24,000 nt of DNA from Pseudomonadota bacterium (GCA_023388935.1 JAEWFG010000235.1:16353-40352); one strand, 5' to 3'. Numbered from the stretch's first letter, positions 11,286-18,833 are shown. Notes: generated by a model from the letters alone, not told the origin. Program-made: numbers and translations.

Positions 11286-11306
11286 TATATGCTCAGTATG
11301 AGTAAA
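11286..11306. promoter_or_regulatory. Candidate operator between nadA and the MFS gene (site 2)
   Basis: TATATGCTCAGTATGAGTAAA; the reverse complement of site 1 is TATATGCTCAGATTGAGTATA, identical except 3 positions. Core CTCA-N3-TGAG at 11292-11302. Confidence 0.5.
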
Positions 11307-11520
11307 TCTAAGATAACATGCCAGGAAGGGCGCTGCTAGGTCCGGTCGCACACATTCTCGTCAAGTCGCGCATGAGGCGAGGCTGCGTTGAAACGCAATG
11401 CTCCCGCGGAAGCTCTTCGTGAAACGCAACCATTTTTAGGTTGGGGTTTTCATGCATCTGCATTAAATGCGTGACCCGCGGCCGCCTATTCCGGATCCGC
11501 CAACGACAGATGAGGAAGTG

Positions 11521-12774
11521 ATGTCGACACAAGTGGGCGAGCTCGGTCCGGTCTCACGTTCCTCGAATTGGCGTACGCCAGCCGTCATCATTCTCTGCGG
11601 TTGTGCGATCGGCATGCTGGGCTTCGGCCCGCGATCGGCGCTCGGCTTCTTCGTGCAGCCGATGAGCCATGAGTTCGCCTGGGGCCGCGACGTGTTCGGT
11701 CTCGCGATCGCCGTGCAGAATCTGTTGTGGGGATTGGGCCAGCCGCTCGCCGGCGCGGTCGCTGACCGCTTCGGCCTGTTCCGCGTGATGTGCGTCGGCG
11801 CGGTGCTCTATGCCGGCGGCCTGCTGTTGATGCGCTACTCCTCGACACCGCTGTCGCTCAACATCGGCGCCGGCGTCATGGTCGGTTTTGGTCTGGCTGG
11901 CTGCTCGTTCAATCTGGTGTTGTCGGCATTCACCAAGCTGCTGCCGGCCGAGAAGCGCGGCCTTGCGCTCGGCGCCGGCACCGCGGCGGGCTCGTTCGGC
12001 CAGTTCCTGTTCGCGCCGATCGGCGTCGCGCTGATCGACAATTTCGGCTGGCAGCAGGCGCTCTCCGTGTTCGGTTTCCTGATGCTGCTGATCATCCCGC
12101 TGTCGCTGGCGCTGTCCACGCCACCGGTCGCAGGCCCGGCAAATGCGGCGCCTGCGGATGAGCAGACCTTCACCAGGGCGCTCGCGGAAGCCTTCGGCCA
12201 TCGCTCCTACGTGCTGCTGGTGCTCGGCTTCTTCACCTGCGGCTTCCAGCTCGCCTTCATCACCGTGCATTTGCCGGCCTTCCTGGTCGATCGCGGCATC
12301 TCGACGCAAACCGGCGGCTGGGTCATCGCGGCGATCGGCCTTTTCAACATCGTGGGATCGCTGAGCGTCGGCTATCTCCAGAACTCGCTGCCCAAGCGCT
12401 ACATCCTCTCCACGATCTATCTCATCCGCGCGCTCGCCACGCTCGCCTTCATCTCGTTCCCGATCACGCCGTTCTCCGCGATCGCGTTCGGTGCGATCTC
12501 GGGGCTGACCTGGCTGTCGACGGTGCCGCCGACCTCGGCGCTGGTGGCGCTGATGTTCGGCACGCGCTGGCTTGCCACCCTGTATGGCTTCGCCTTCGTC
12601 AGCCATCAGGTCGGCGGCTTCCTCGGCGTCTGGCTCGGCGGCATCGTGTTCGAGCGATTCGGTTCCTATACGCCGATCTGGTGGCTCTCGATCCTGTTCG
12701 GCGTGCTCTCGGCGCTGATCAATCTTCCGATCGTCGAGAAACCGGTCCAGCGAGCGGTTGCACAGCCTGCCTGA
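11521..12774 (+). CDS. MFS transporter
   Basis: 12-TM-like protein with WGRDVFGLAIAVQNLLWGLGQPLAGAVADRFGLFRVMCVGAVLYAGG; start at ATG 11521 (MSTQVGELG) within longer ORF 11467..12774. Confidence 0.88.
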   Translation: MSTQVGELGPVSRSSNWRTPAVIILCGCAIGMLGFGPRSALGFFVQPMSHEFAWGRDVFGLAIAVQNLLWGLGQPLAGAVADRFGLFRVMCVGAVLYAGGLLLMRYSSTPLSLNIGAGVMVGFGLAGCSFNLVLSAFTKLLPAEKRGLALGAGTAAGSFGQFLFAPIGVALIDNFGWQQALSVFGFLMLLIIPLSLALSTPPVAGPANAAPADEQTFTRALAEAFGHRSYVLLVLGFFTCGFQLAFITVHLPAFLVDRGISTQTGGWVIAAIGLFNIVGSLSVGYLQNSLPKRYILSTIYLIRALATLAFISFPITPFSAIAFGAISGLTWLSTVPPTSALVALMFGTRWLATLYGFAFVSHQVGGFLGVWLGGIVFERFGSYTPIWWLSILFGVLSALINLPIVEKPVQRAVAQPA

Positions 12775-12814
12775 TCGGCTAAACATCCCCTGAAACAAGT
12801 CAGGGAGTTCAGCC

Positions 12815-13801
12815 GTGGCCACATTCAAGGCGATCCGGATCGACAAGGCGGACAAGGGCACCACCGCCGCGCTCACGCAGTTCGACGAAGCCGAGCTGAT
12901 GGACGGCGACGTCACCGTCCGCGTGGAATGGTCGACGTTGAACTACAAGGACGGCCTCGCGCTCACCGGCAGGGCGCCCGTGGTGCGCCGTTTCCCGATG
13001 ATCGCCGGGATCGATTTCGCCGGCACGGTCGAGCAGTCCTCGCATCCGCAATGGAAGGTGGGGGACAAGGTCGTCTGCACCGGCTGGGGCATGGGCGAGA
13101 CCCATCTCGGCGCCTATGCCGAGAAGGCGCGGGTGAAGGGCGACTGGCTGGTCGCCTTGCCGCAGGGCCTGTCGGCCCGCGACGCCATGGCAATCGGTAC
13201 CGCCGGCTTCACCGCGATGCTTTCGGTGCTGGCGCTGGAGAAGCACGGTCTGTCCCCGAAGAGCGGCCCCGTGGTGGTGACGGGCGCCGCCGGCGGCGTC
13301 GGCTCCGTTGCCACCGCCGTGCTGTCGAAGCTCGGCTACCACGTCATTGCGTCCACCGGCCGCGCCTCGGAAGCGGACTATCTGAAAGAGATCGGTGCGG
13401 CCGAAGTCATCGACCGTAATGAATTGTCGGCGGCGGCCAAGCCCCTTGCCAAGGAGCGCTGGGCGGGGGGCGTCGACAGCGTCGGCTCGACCACGCTCGC
13501 GAATCTCTTGTCCATGACAAAGTACGGGGGCGCGATCGCGGCGTGCGGCCTGGCGGGCGGCATGGACCTGCCGTCGTCTGTCGCCCCTTTCATTTTGCGC
13601 GGAGTGTGCCTTCTCGGCATCGATTCCGTGATGTGCCCGATTGAGCCGCGGAAAGCCGCCTGGCAGCGCCTGGCGTCCGATCTGGATCGGACAAAACTGT
13701 CTGAAATCACTAAGGAAATTCAGATCGACGAAGTTCCTGAGTGGGGCGCGAAAATCCTTGCCGGCCAGGTCCGCGGCCGCATCGTGGTTAAAATTGTCTG
13801 A
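12815..13801 (+). CDS. MDR-family quinone oxidoreductase, AcuI/YhdH (acrylyl-CoA reductase) type
   Basis: [122 protein letters not shown]. Confidence 0.92.
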   Translation: MATFKAIRIDKADKGTTAALTQFDEAELMDGDVTVRVEWSTLNYKDGLALTGRAPVVRRFPMIAGIDFAGTVEQSSHPQWKVGDKVVCTGWGMGETHLGAYAEKARVKGDWLVALPQGLSARDAMAIGTAGFTAMLSVLALEKHGLSPKSGPVVVTGAAGGVGSVATAVLSKLGYHVIASTGRASEADYLKEIGAAEVIDRNELSAAAKPLAKERWAGGVDSVGSTTLANLLSMTKYGGAIAACGLAGGMDLPSSVAPFILRGVCLLGIDSVMCPIEPRKAAWQRLASDLDRTKLSEITKEIQIDEVPEWGAKILAGQVRGRIVVKIV

Positions 13802-14059
13802 CGGCGTTTAGACTTTACCAACCAAGCTGCGCCAATGTTGCCTCAGTTGCCAAAACTAGGGTAGCGAGTTCCCTGTTTACCCGCTTGCAGGTTCCTGCAC
13901 GCCTGTGAAATTAATTTCAGGGACTTCGTAACTAGCGGGCCAGCCCCCATATTGCGCAGAACCGAGGCTTTTTGCGGCTGAACCTAACCAAAGTGTCACT
14001 GTTTTGAGCTATTTCAGCCTTGCGGAAACAAAACTGCTATGCGAGGGTTGCCTTACGGG

Positions 14060-14228
14060 AGATAAGTTTTGAGGTGAGAACGGCCTCCTCACGCGCCTGA
14101 TGATCGAACGTTCGTCAGGCAAAGTAGTCGGGTAAAACCGGCGAAGAGATCTGGGTGTGGGCATCCCAGCAAATCGAATTTCCCGAAACTATACTAAAGG
14201 GGCTCCGATCTAGGTCGGGGCCCTTTTC
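14060..14228 (+). ncRNA. Candidate structured small RNA of unknown family; boundaries approximate
   Basis: No convincing ORF; successive stem-loops GCCTGA...TCAGGC (14095-14120, internal CGAA/TTCG) and CTGGG...CCCAG (14151-14169), ending in a terminator-like hairpin. Confidence 0.3.
14196..14227 (+). terminator. Rho-independent terminator-like hairpin
   Basis: AAAGGG(G)CTCCGA-TCTAGG-TCGGGGCCCTTTT: 12-bp stem with one bulged G and one G-T pair, then T4. Confidence 0.65.
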
Positions 14229-14232
14229 AGTT

Positions 14233-14634
14233 TTACACTGCTACGACCCGCAAGAAGCCCTTTTGGCGGCGCGTTTGAGCCTTCTTTTCTGACACCATAT
14301 AGAAGCTCGAAATGTGATACTTGCCTTGGCCGTCAGGGATCAATTCTACTGCGACCAATATAAGCGACGCTATCGCTCCAACGTATCCCCAAATTTCGAT
14401 GCCGCTATTCGTGTGGTCATCCCCGATATAACGGGGATTGGAAATCACGCCGGCTAAGTGGGGGAGACACTTCGGGTAGTCATCCGGATGGCGCCTGTAT
14501 GCATGCCGCTGCGCGCCTCGCGTCAATATCACTTCGCCCGGCTCAAGCTCCGTCCCTAGGGTCTTATTGACCGTAGCTACCGGCAAGTGCCCGATGATCA
14601 AATCCGGGTTTTTGGGGGGGCGATGTTTTGACAT
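14233..14634 (-). CDS. Candidate phage-type BECR-fold (PBECR-like) nuclease, 133 aa
   Basis: IIGHLPVATVNKTLGTELEPGEVILTRGAQRHAYRRHPDDYPKCLPHLAGVISNPRYIGDD...LILVAVELIPDGQGKYHISSFYMVSEKKAQTRRQKGFL: short alpha/beta protein with HxxxRHPxDY, LPHLxxxIxxPxYIG and SFYxV motifs reminiscent of PBECR domains. Confidence 0.55.
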   Translation of the reverse strand: MSKHRPPKNPDLIIGHLPVATVNKTLGTELEPGEVILTRGAQRHAYRRHPDDYPKCLPHLAGVISNPRYIGDDHTNSGIEIWGYVGAIASLILVAVELIPDGQGKYHISSFYMVSEKKAQTRRQKGFLRVVAV

Positions 14635-14641
14635 GATAAAT

Positions 14642-14663
14642 AGGCCGCCTCAGGTGGCGGCCT
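14642..14663 (-). terminator. Stem-loop between the two cargo ORFs (terminator or attenuator-like)
   Basis: AGGCCGCC-TCAGGT-GGCGGCCT, perfect 8-bp stem; on the minus strand followed by ATTTATC. Confidence 0.45.
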
Positions 14664-14665
14664 CT

Positions 14666-15253
14666 TCAATCCATGACACTGCTGGAAGCAGCCGGTGGCG
14701 CGGCTGCCTCTTCATTGCCGCCTTCGTCGGCGGCAGCGCTGTCGGCAGCAGATGAAGCTAGTTGATCCTTTTCCCCATTTTTCCGAGGCTTCCCGGCCTT
14801 TCGGAGGCCCGGATACCATTCGAGAAGGCCGAACAAGTCGGTGCTCGGTATCCTGACGAACGTGACTGTGTTCTTTCCGAGCGATATACGAATGCTTTGC
14901 TTCTGGCTTTCGGGGTTGGTGGTACCGAAGTCGTAAGCGCCCTGGATCAGGGCCTCTTGAATGTCCTCAACCGAAGCGGGCGATGGAGAGCCGCCGCTAG
15001 CTTCGGCGCGAGCCTCCATGATCGTGCGAACCGCCGTCGCAAATGGCTTGCCCAGAAAATCGCCCGGTTGGAACTGCTTCGCGGTACGACGCGCGCTCGC
15101 GTTAACGTCGCCTCCGCTCTCGACGTCGCCAAAGCGCGGTTCGACGCCCGACATTTCGTCATAGCCGTTGACCCAACGCTTTAGGCGCGCGGCCTCACTG
15201 ATGTGAAACGCGATCTTCTCAAGTGCCTTTGCTACAACGGGGTCATCAGCCAA
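14666..15253 (-). CDS. Candidate HARE-HTH domain protein with low-complexity C-terminal tail, 195 aa, TTG start
   Basis: FLGKPFATAVRTIMEARAEASGGSPSPASVEDIQEALIQGAYDFGTTNPESQKQSIRISLGKNTVTFVRIPSTDLFGLLEWYPGL resembles the HARE-HTH winged helix; GGAGG Shine-Dalgarno 8 nt upstream of TTG; tail rich in A/S/E/D. Confidence 0.6.
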   Translation of the reverse strand: MADDPVVAKALEKIAFHISEAARLKRWVNGYDEMSGVEPRFGDVESGGDVNASARRTAKQFQPGDFLGKPFATAVRTIMEARAEASGGSPSPASVEDIQEALIQGAYDFGTTNPESQKQSIRISLGKNTVTFVRIPSTDLFGLLEWYPGLRKAGKPRKNGEKDQLASSAADSAAADEGGNEEAAAPPAASSSVMD

Positions 15254-15700
15254 TTCTGCATCCTCCGATTGAGGTGCAGATCATTTAGTGCAAAATGGCG
15301 GAACTCGCAAGTGTTCCTGTTAACTCCCCTGTGTTTACTCAAAGATTTTTATGATCTAATTGATATTGCTATATTTTTACTTTGGGAAAATTCCTTGGAG
15401 TTATATATTGTTTTGCGCGGAGACTGCGAGGACTTCGCCCGGCTAACCTTCGCCGTCCCGGCGCGACCCCTTGTCTGCCCGTTCGGCCAAGTTCTGCGGC
15501 GCCCTGATTGTTTCAGCGCATGCTTGTTCTCCAAAGAAAGCGCGGGCGCATGGGTCGGCGTTTACGGCTCCGGCAAATGGAATGGGCGGCCCGAGGGAAG
15601 GTGTCAGGGGGATAAGGCCCCCCGGTGCGCCCGATCATTGCCGGCGATCTAGCGGGGCGGGGGAGTACGGCTCCTAAACGACATCCATCAGCGGCCGGTT

Positions 15701-15973
15701 TTAAGAATTGTTCATGAGGGAAGCCCCAACCAACAGGGCAAAAAACGTAACCCAAGAAGCCACATTCGCCGAAACCGCTTGCCGACGAGATACCGCATAT
15801 AAAGATGCAGGAAGCCATAGAAGAGCAGTTACCAGCAGCGGCCTCAAACGACCGCGAACGGTATATTCCCTAACGTAGCCCGGCTGCTCGATGATTGGCT
15901 GACGCAAGTCCCGCCAAACGTAATGAAGGCCCGTCAGCACGTAGGCCAATCCGATCATCACTATAGTCATCAT
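15701..15973 (-). CDS. Small hypothetical membrane protein (90 aa)
   Basis: MMTIVMIGLAYVLTGLHYVWRDLRQPIIEQPGYVREYTVRGRLRPLLVTALLWLPASLYAVSRRQAVSANVASWVTFFALLVGASLMNNS; hydrophobic segments with charged loops. Confidence 0.5.
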   Translation of the reverse strand: MMTIVMIGLAYVLTGLHYVWRDLRQPIIEQPGYVREYTVRGRLRPLLVTALLWLPASLYAVSRRQAVSANVASWVTFFALLVGASLMNNS

Positions 15974-16136
15974 TCATCCTGCCCCCGAGGCTGCCTTAGT
16001 TGGCCACCCCTCTCTCTGATTGGATCGTCCTTGCAGATCATCGAAGATACACGCCACCGTGTCGAGCGACAGCTTGCGCTGGAGATGCGCGCCAGACAGT
16101 GTTGCTCGAAGGCGACAGGGGACGTTAAGTCGGTAT

Positions 16137-17900
16137 TCACAGGATCGCCTGTTGCGTTGCCTCCCAGCGGCCTAGTCCGATCATGTCTCTCCTACCGTAG
16201 CTCATGGTTCCATGGGTAGCTAAAACGAGGCTGGTAAGCCCTTGTTCTTCCAGCGCTTCTTTGGCGGAACGCATCTTGGGAACAATGTCCCCGCCCATAA
16301 TCGCGGAAATCCGGGCATATGGCGTCACCTCAACCGGGCGCCGCTTGCCCGTCGGGTGCACCACGACCCGATCAAAGACGTTGCCGAAGGCTACACGGAA
16401 GGGCGCTACCTCAGCCTCGGTCAGTTTGACGTTGGTCAGGGCCGCATGCATGGCCTCGATGTTTTGGCGGAAGGTCTGGATCATGGCCGGATGCAGCGCC
16501 ACCACGTTGCCGCCGCCATCCGCCTCCGCCATCCGGACTTTATCCGCGAGCCCGGCTCGCTCTAGCTCCAGCGCCTTCAACTTCTCCTTCAAGGGAGCCA
16601 GCGGCATGTCCGGATCAGTCATCGCGGTAACGATGCGGTCAATCTTCTCTAGGGTCTGATTGAGCGCGCGCTGGGCGGCCCCAAGGTCGCGGCTGGCGGC
16701 TCTCTGCCGCTTCGTCCATTCCTTGTGGGCGCCCTCGGTATATGCCGCAAGGGCTTCGGCATCGAGATTGTGCTTGATGCCATGCAAGACGGTGGCCTCG
16801 ATCTCCACGAGGTCATAGCTTTTTGAGTTGGTGCAAACGCCCTTCTGGCGGGCATTGGTGCATCCGACCCGGGTATGCTCACCCGCTTTCGACCAGACGA
16901 TTGCCATGGTGCCGCCGCAGGCGCCGCAGAGGAGCCGGCCGGCGAGCATGTGATTGACGATGGATTTTTTATAGACGCGCGGAGCCGATCCTTGGCGGCT
17001 GCGCATTTTGCGGACCTCTTGCGCGCGATCCCATAAGTCCTGATCGATGATGCGCAGATGCGGGACTTGGACCGTCAGCAAATCCTCGGGGCGTCCCTTC
17101 TGCTTGTTACGCTTCTCTGTCTCGGGATTGATGACGCTGCGGTGACTATTCCAAACAAGTTCGCCGATATAAATGCGATTGCCGATAATGCCTTTCCCGC
17201 TTCCGCTGCCGGCAATGAAAACCGTATGGTTCCACTGGCCGCCTGACGGGCTCGGAATGCCCTCGCGATTGAGCCGAGCGGCGATGTCACGCACGGGTTC
17301 AAGGTTGGCGAACTCGGTGAATATCCGCTTGATGATCGGCGCGGTGTCCGGATCGATCTCGCGCTTGAACGACGTGCCCGCGACCTTGCGATGGCCATAA
17401 GCTGGCCTCCCGGGCATCAAACCCTCCCGGACCCTGCCATCCCATGCGCGGCGAAGCATATTACCAAGGTGCTTGCGAAACTCTTGGTTCATGATGCCGC
17501 TCATGCCGACGCGCATCGTGGTGAGCGGGCCCTCTAAGTCGATCAGTTCGATTTGCCGGTGCGAAATCCGCTTGAAGTCGCGAGCGCTGTCCGCGAGATC
17601 GCGCGACATGCGGGAAAGGCTCTCAATGATCACCGCCTCGAAAGTGCGGTCCCTTGCGGCCACGTCTCGCATCAACTCCAACCAGCCGGCGCGGCCTAGC
17701 GTGCCCGCCCCTGAGATCGCCTCGTCCTTGTAGTATCGAACGATCTTGTAGCCGTGTTGCTTCGCGATTTTTTCGCAAAGCTGAAATTGGTCATCTATTG
17801 ACCGGGCGCTTTGTCGGTCGCTTGAGTAACGCGCGTATGCCACCGCTTCTTTTGGTTTCGTCATTTTCCCCTTCATCGCCGTATTGACGTTGCCATTCAT
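16137..17900 (-). CDS. Large serine recombinase / site-specific integrase
   Basis: AVAYARYSSDRQSARSIDDQFQLCEKIAKQHGYKIVRYYKDEAISG (resolvase N-terminus with catalytic Ser), IIESLSRMSRDLADSARDFKRI, NREGIPSPSGGQWN, IIGNRIYIGELVWN, zinc ribbon LLCGACGGTMAIV...CTNARQKGVCTN, coiled-coil region. Exact start could be 17900 or the downstream MKGKM/MTKPKE Met. Confidence 0.93.
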   Translation of the reverse strand: MNGNVNTAMKGKMTKPKEAVAYARYSSDRQSARSIDDQFQLCEKIAKQHGYKIVRYYKDEAISGAGTLGRAGWLELMRDVAARDRTFEAVIIESLSRMSRDLADSARDFKRISHRQIELIDLEGPLTTMRVGMSGIMNQEFRKHLGNMLRRAWDGRVREGLMPGRPAYGHRKVAGTSFKREIDPDTAPIIKRIFTEFANLEPVRDIAARLNREGIPSPSGGQWNHTVFIAGSGSGKGIIGNRIYIGELVWNSHRSVINPETEKRNKQKGRPEDLLTVQVPHLRIIDQDLWDRAQEVRKMRSRQGSAPRVYKKSIVNHMLAGRLLCGACGGTMAIVWSKAGEHTRVGCTNARQKGVCTNSKSYDLVEIEATVLHGIKHNLDAEALAAYTEGAHKEWTKRQRAASRDLGAAQRALNQTLEKIDRIVTAMTDPDMPLAPLKEKLKALELERAGLADKVRMAEADGGGNVVALHPAMIQTFRQNIEAMHAALTNVKLTEAEVAPFRVAFGNVFDRVVVHPTGKRRPVEVTPYARISAIMGGDIVPKMRSAKEALEEQGLTSLVLATHGTMSYGRRDMIGLGRWEATQQAIL

Positions 17901-18127
17901 GTGCTGCTGCGATCCGGCCCAGCTCCCGCATCAGCGCTAACCAGTTCGCCCGTTGGCTTGGGTGATTTGGATCGCGCGGGTCGTTAGGATCGAGCGGCCG
18001 GACTATTCCCAGCCTCTTACGCCCTTCGGATTTGCGGGAAGAAACGCGGGAACGCATATTCGGAAACTCTGTCGCACATGCGGGAGAAGGCTAAAAAGTT
18101 CAATACTTTCCGGTATCTATCGACAGT

Positions 18128-18153
18128 CCCGACATTTTTCGGGTCGGGTTTTC
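18128..18153 (+). terminator. Short terminator-like hairpin
   Basis: CCCGAC-ATTTTTCGG-GTCGGG-TTTT (18128-18148 plus T run). Confidence 0.35.
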
Positions 18154-18205
18154 GGCCCTCGGGCCAAAAGGGCCACGCACTCAGGGGCTGATTTGCGCCG
18201 TCGGG

Positions 18206-18427
18206 TCAGCCGCCCGGATCGGGCCCAGCCGGGGCCCGGCGCGCCCGGGCCGCCCGGCTCGCTTCCGCTTTCCGCTCCGCCGTTCGATGGCGCACGCGAG
18301 CCTTGTGGCATTCCCGGCATACCTTCATTCTCCCTTGCGGCGAGCCATCGCGGGTCCTCATGTAAAAATCCTCGATTGGCTTCTCTTGGAGGCACGTTGC
18401 GCAAACCTGGCGCTTCAGCTCATTCAT
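18206..18427 (-). CDS. Small double-CxxC (zinc-binding) protein
   Basis: MNELKRQVCATCLQEKPIEDFYMRTRDGSPQGRMKVCRECHKARVRHRTAERK...; start chosen at 18427 inside ORF 18206..18652. Confidence 0.6.
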   Translation of the reverse strand: MNELKRQVCATCLQEKPIEDFYMRTRDGSPQGRMKVCRECHKARVRHRTAERKAEASRAARARRAPAGPDPGG

Positions 18428-18815
18428 CGCGGGTCTCCCTCCGGTTCTGGATCGAGCGCTTGGGCCAACGCGAGCGGCGCGGCTCGCGCTGATTTCGCGG
18501 TGTGAGCACCCGTCGCCGGAATTCATCGTGCTCCGCCGACACGCGCTTGATCTTCGCGATCTCGGGAATGTCGATCTTGGCCGTCTTGATCCGGTGCGCC
18601 GGCTTAAAGCGCGGCACCAAATTCCACGGCTCGGTCGGGCCGCCAGCCTCAACCCGAAAAGGGTAGTGATCGAAATCGAACAGCCCGATGATCTGCGCGC
18701 TCGTCATCTGCTTTGCCTCTTCCCACGGGATCAGCGGCTTGCCGTGCTCGTCGGTGATCGCAAGCAGCGCGGCGGCGCATTTGTCAGACAGGTTTGGCGG
18801 CTTACGTGCACTCAA
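18420..18815 (-). CDS. HNH endonuclease-like protein
   Basis: DFDHYPFRVEAGGPTEPWNLVPRFKPAHRIKTAKIDIPEIAKIKRVSAEHDEFRRR: D-H / N / H spacing of an HNH-type motif; overlaps the next gene by a few nt. Confidence 0.6.
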   Translation of the reverse strand: MSARKPPNLSDKCAAALLAITDEHGKPLIPWEEAKQMTSAQIIGLFDFDHYPFRVEAGGPTEPWNLVPRFKPAHRIKTAKIDIPEIAKIKRVSAEHDEFRRRVLTPRNQREPRRSRWPKRSIQNRRETRDE

Positions 18816-18833
18816 TCCGGCTTTCTCCGGTAT

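Noticed and set aside
11554-12915. 453-aa minus-strand ORF
   Set aside because: Antisense to the MFS transporter with low-complexity charged composition; no recognisable domain.
12809-13342. 177-aa minus-strand ORF
   Set aside because: Antisense to the AcuI/YhdH-type oxidoreductase; no recognisable domain.
13802-14232. Possible tRNA, tmRNA, RNase P RNA or SRP RNA at the island junction
   Set aside because: No cloverleaf, TPsiC arm, tmRNA tag ORF or RNase P consensus could be found by eye; kept only as an unknown structured segment.
15203-15652. 149-aa plus-strand ORF spanning the AT-rich patch
   Set aside because: Overlaps the 5' end of the HARE-like gene, crosses a sharp composition change and shows no domain-like pattern; treated as noncoding.
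17953-18492. 179-aa plus-strand ORF
   Set aside because: Antisense to the CxxC gene and part of the HNH-like gene, Pro/Arg/Gly-rich; likely spurious.
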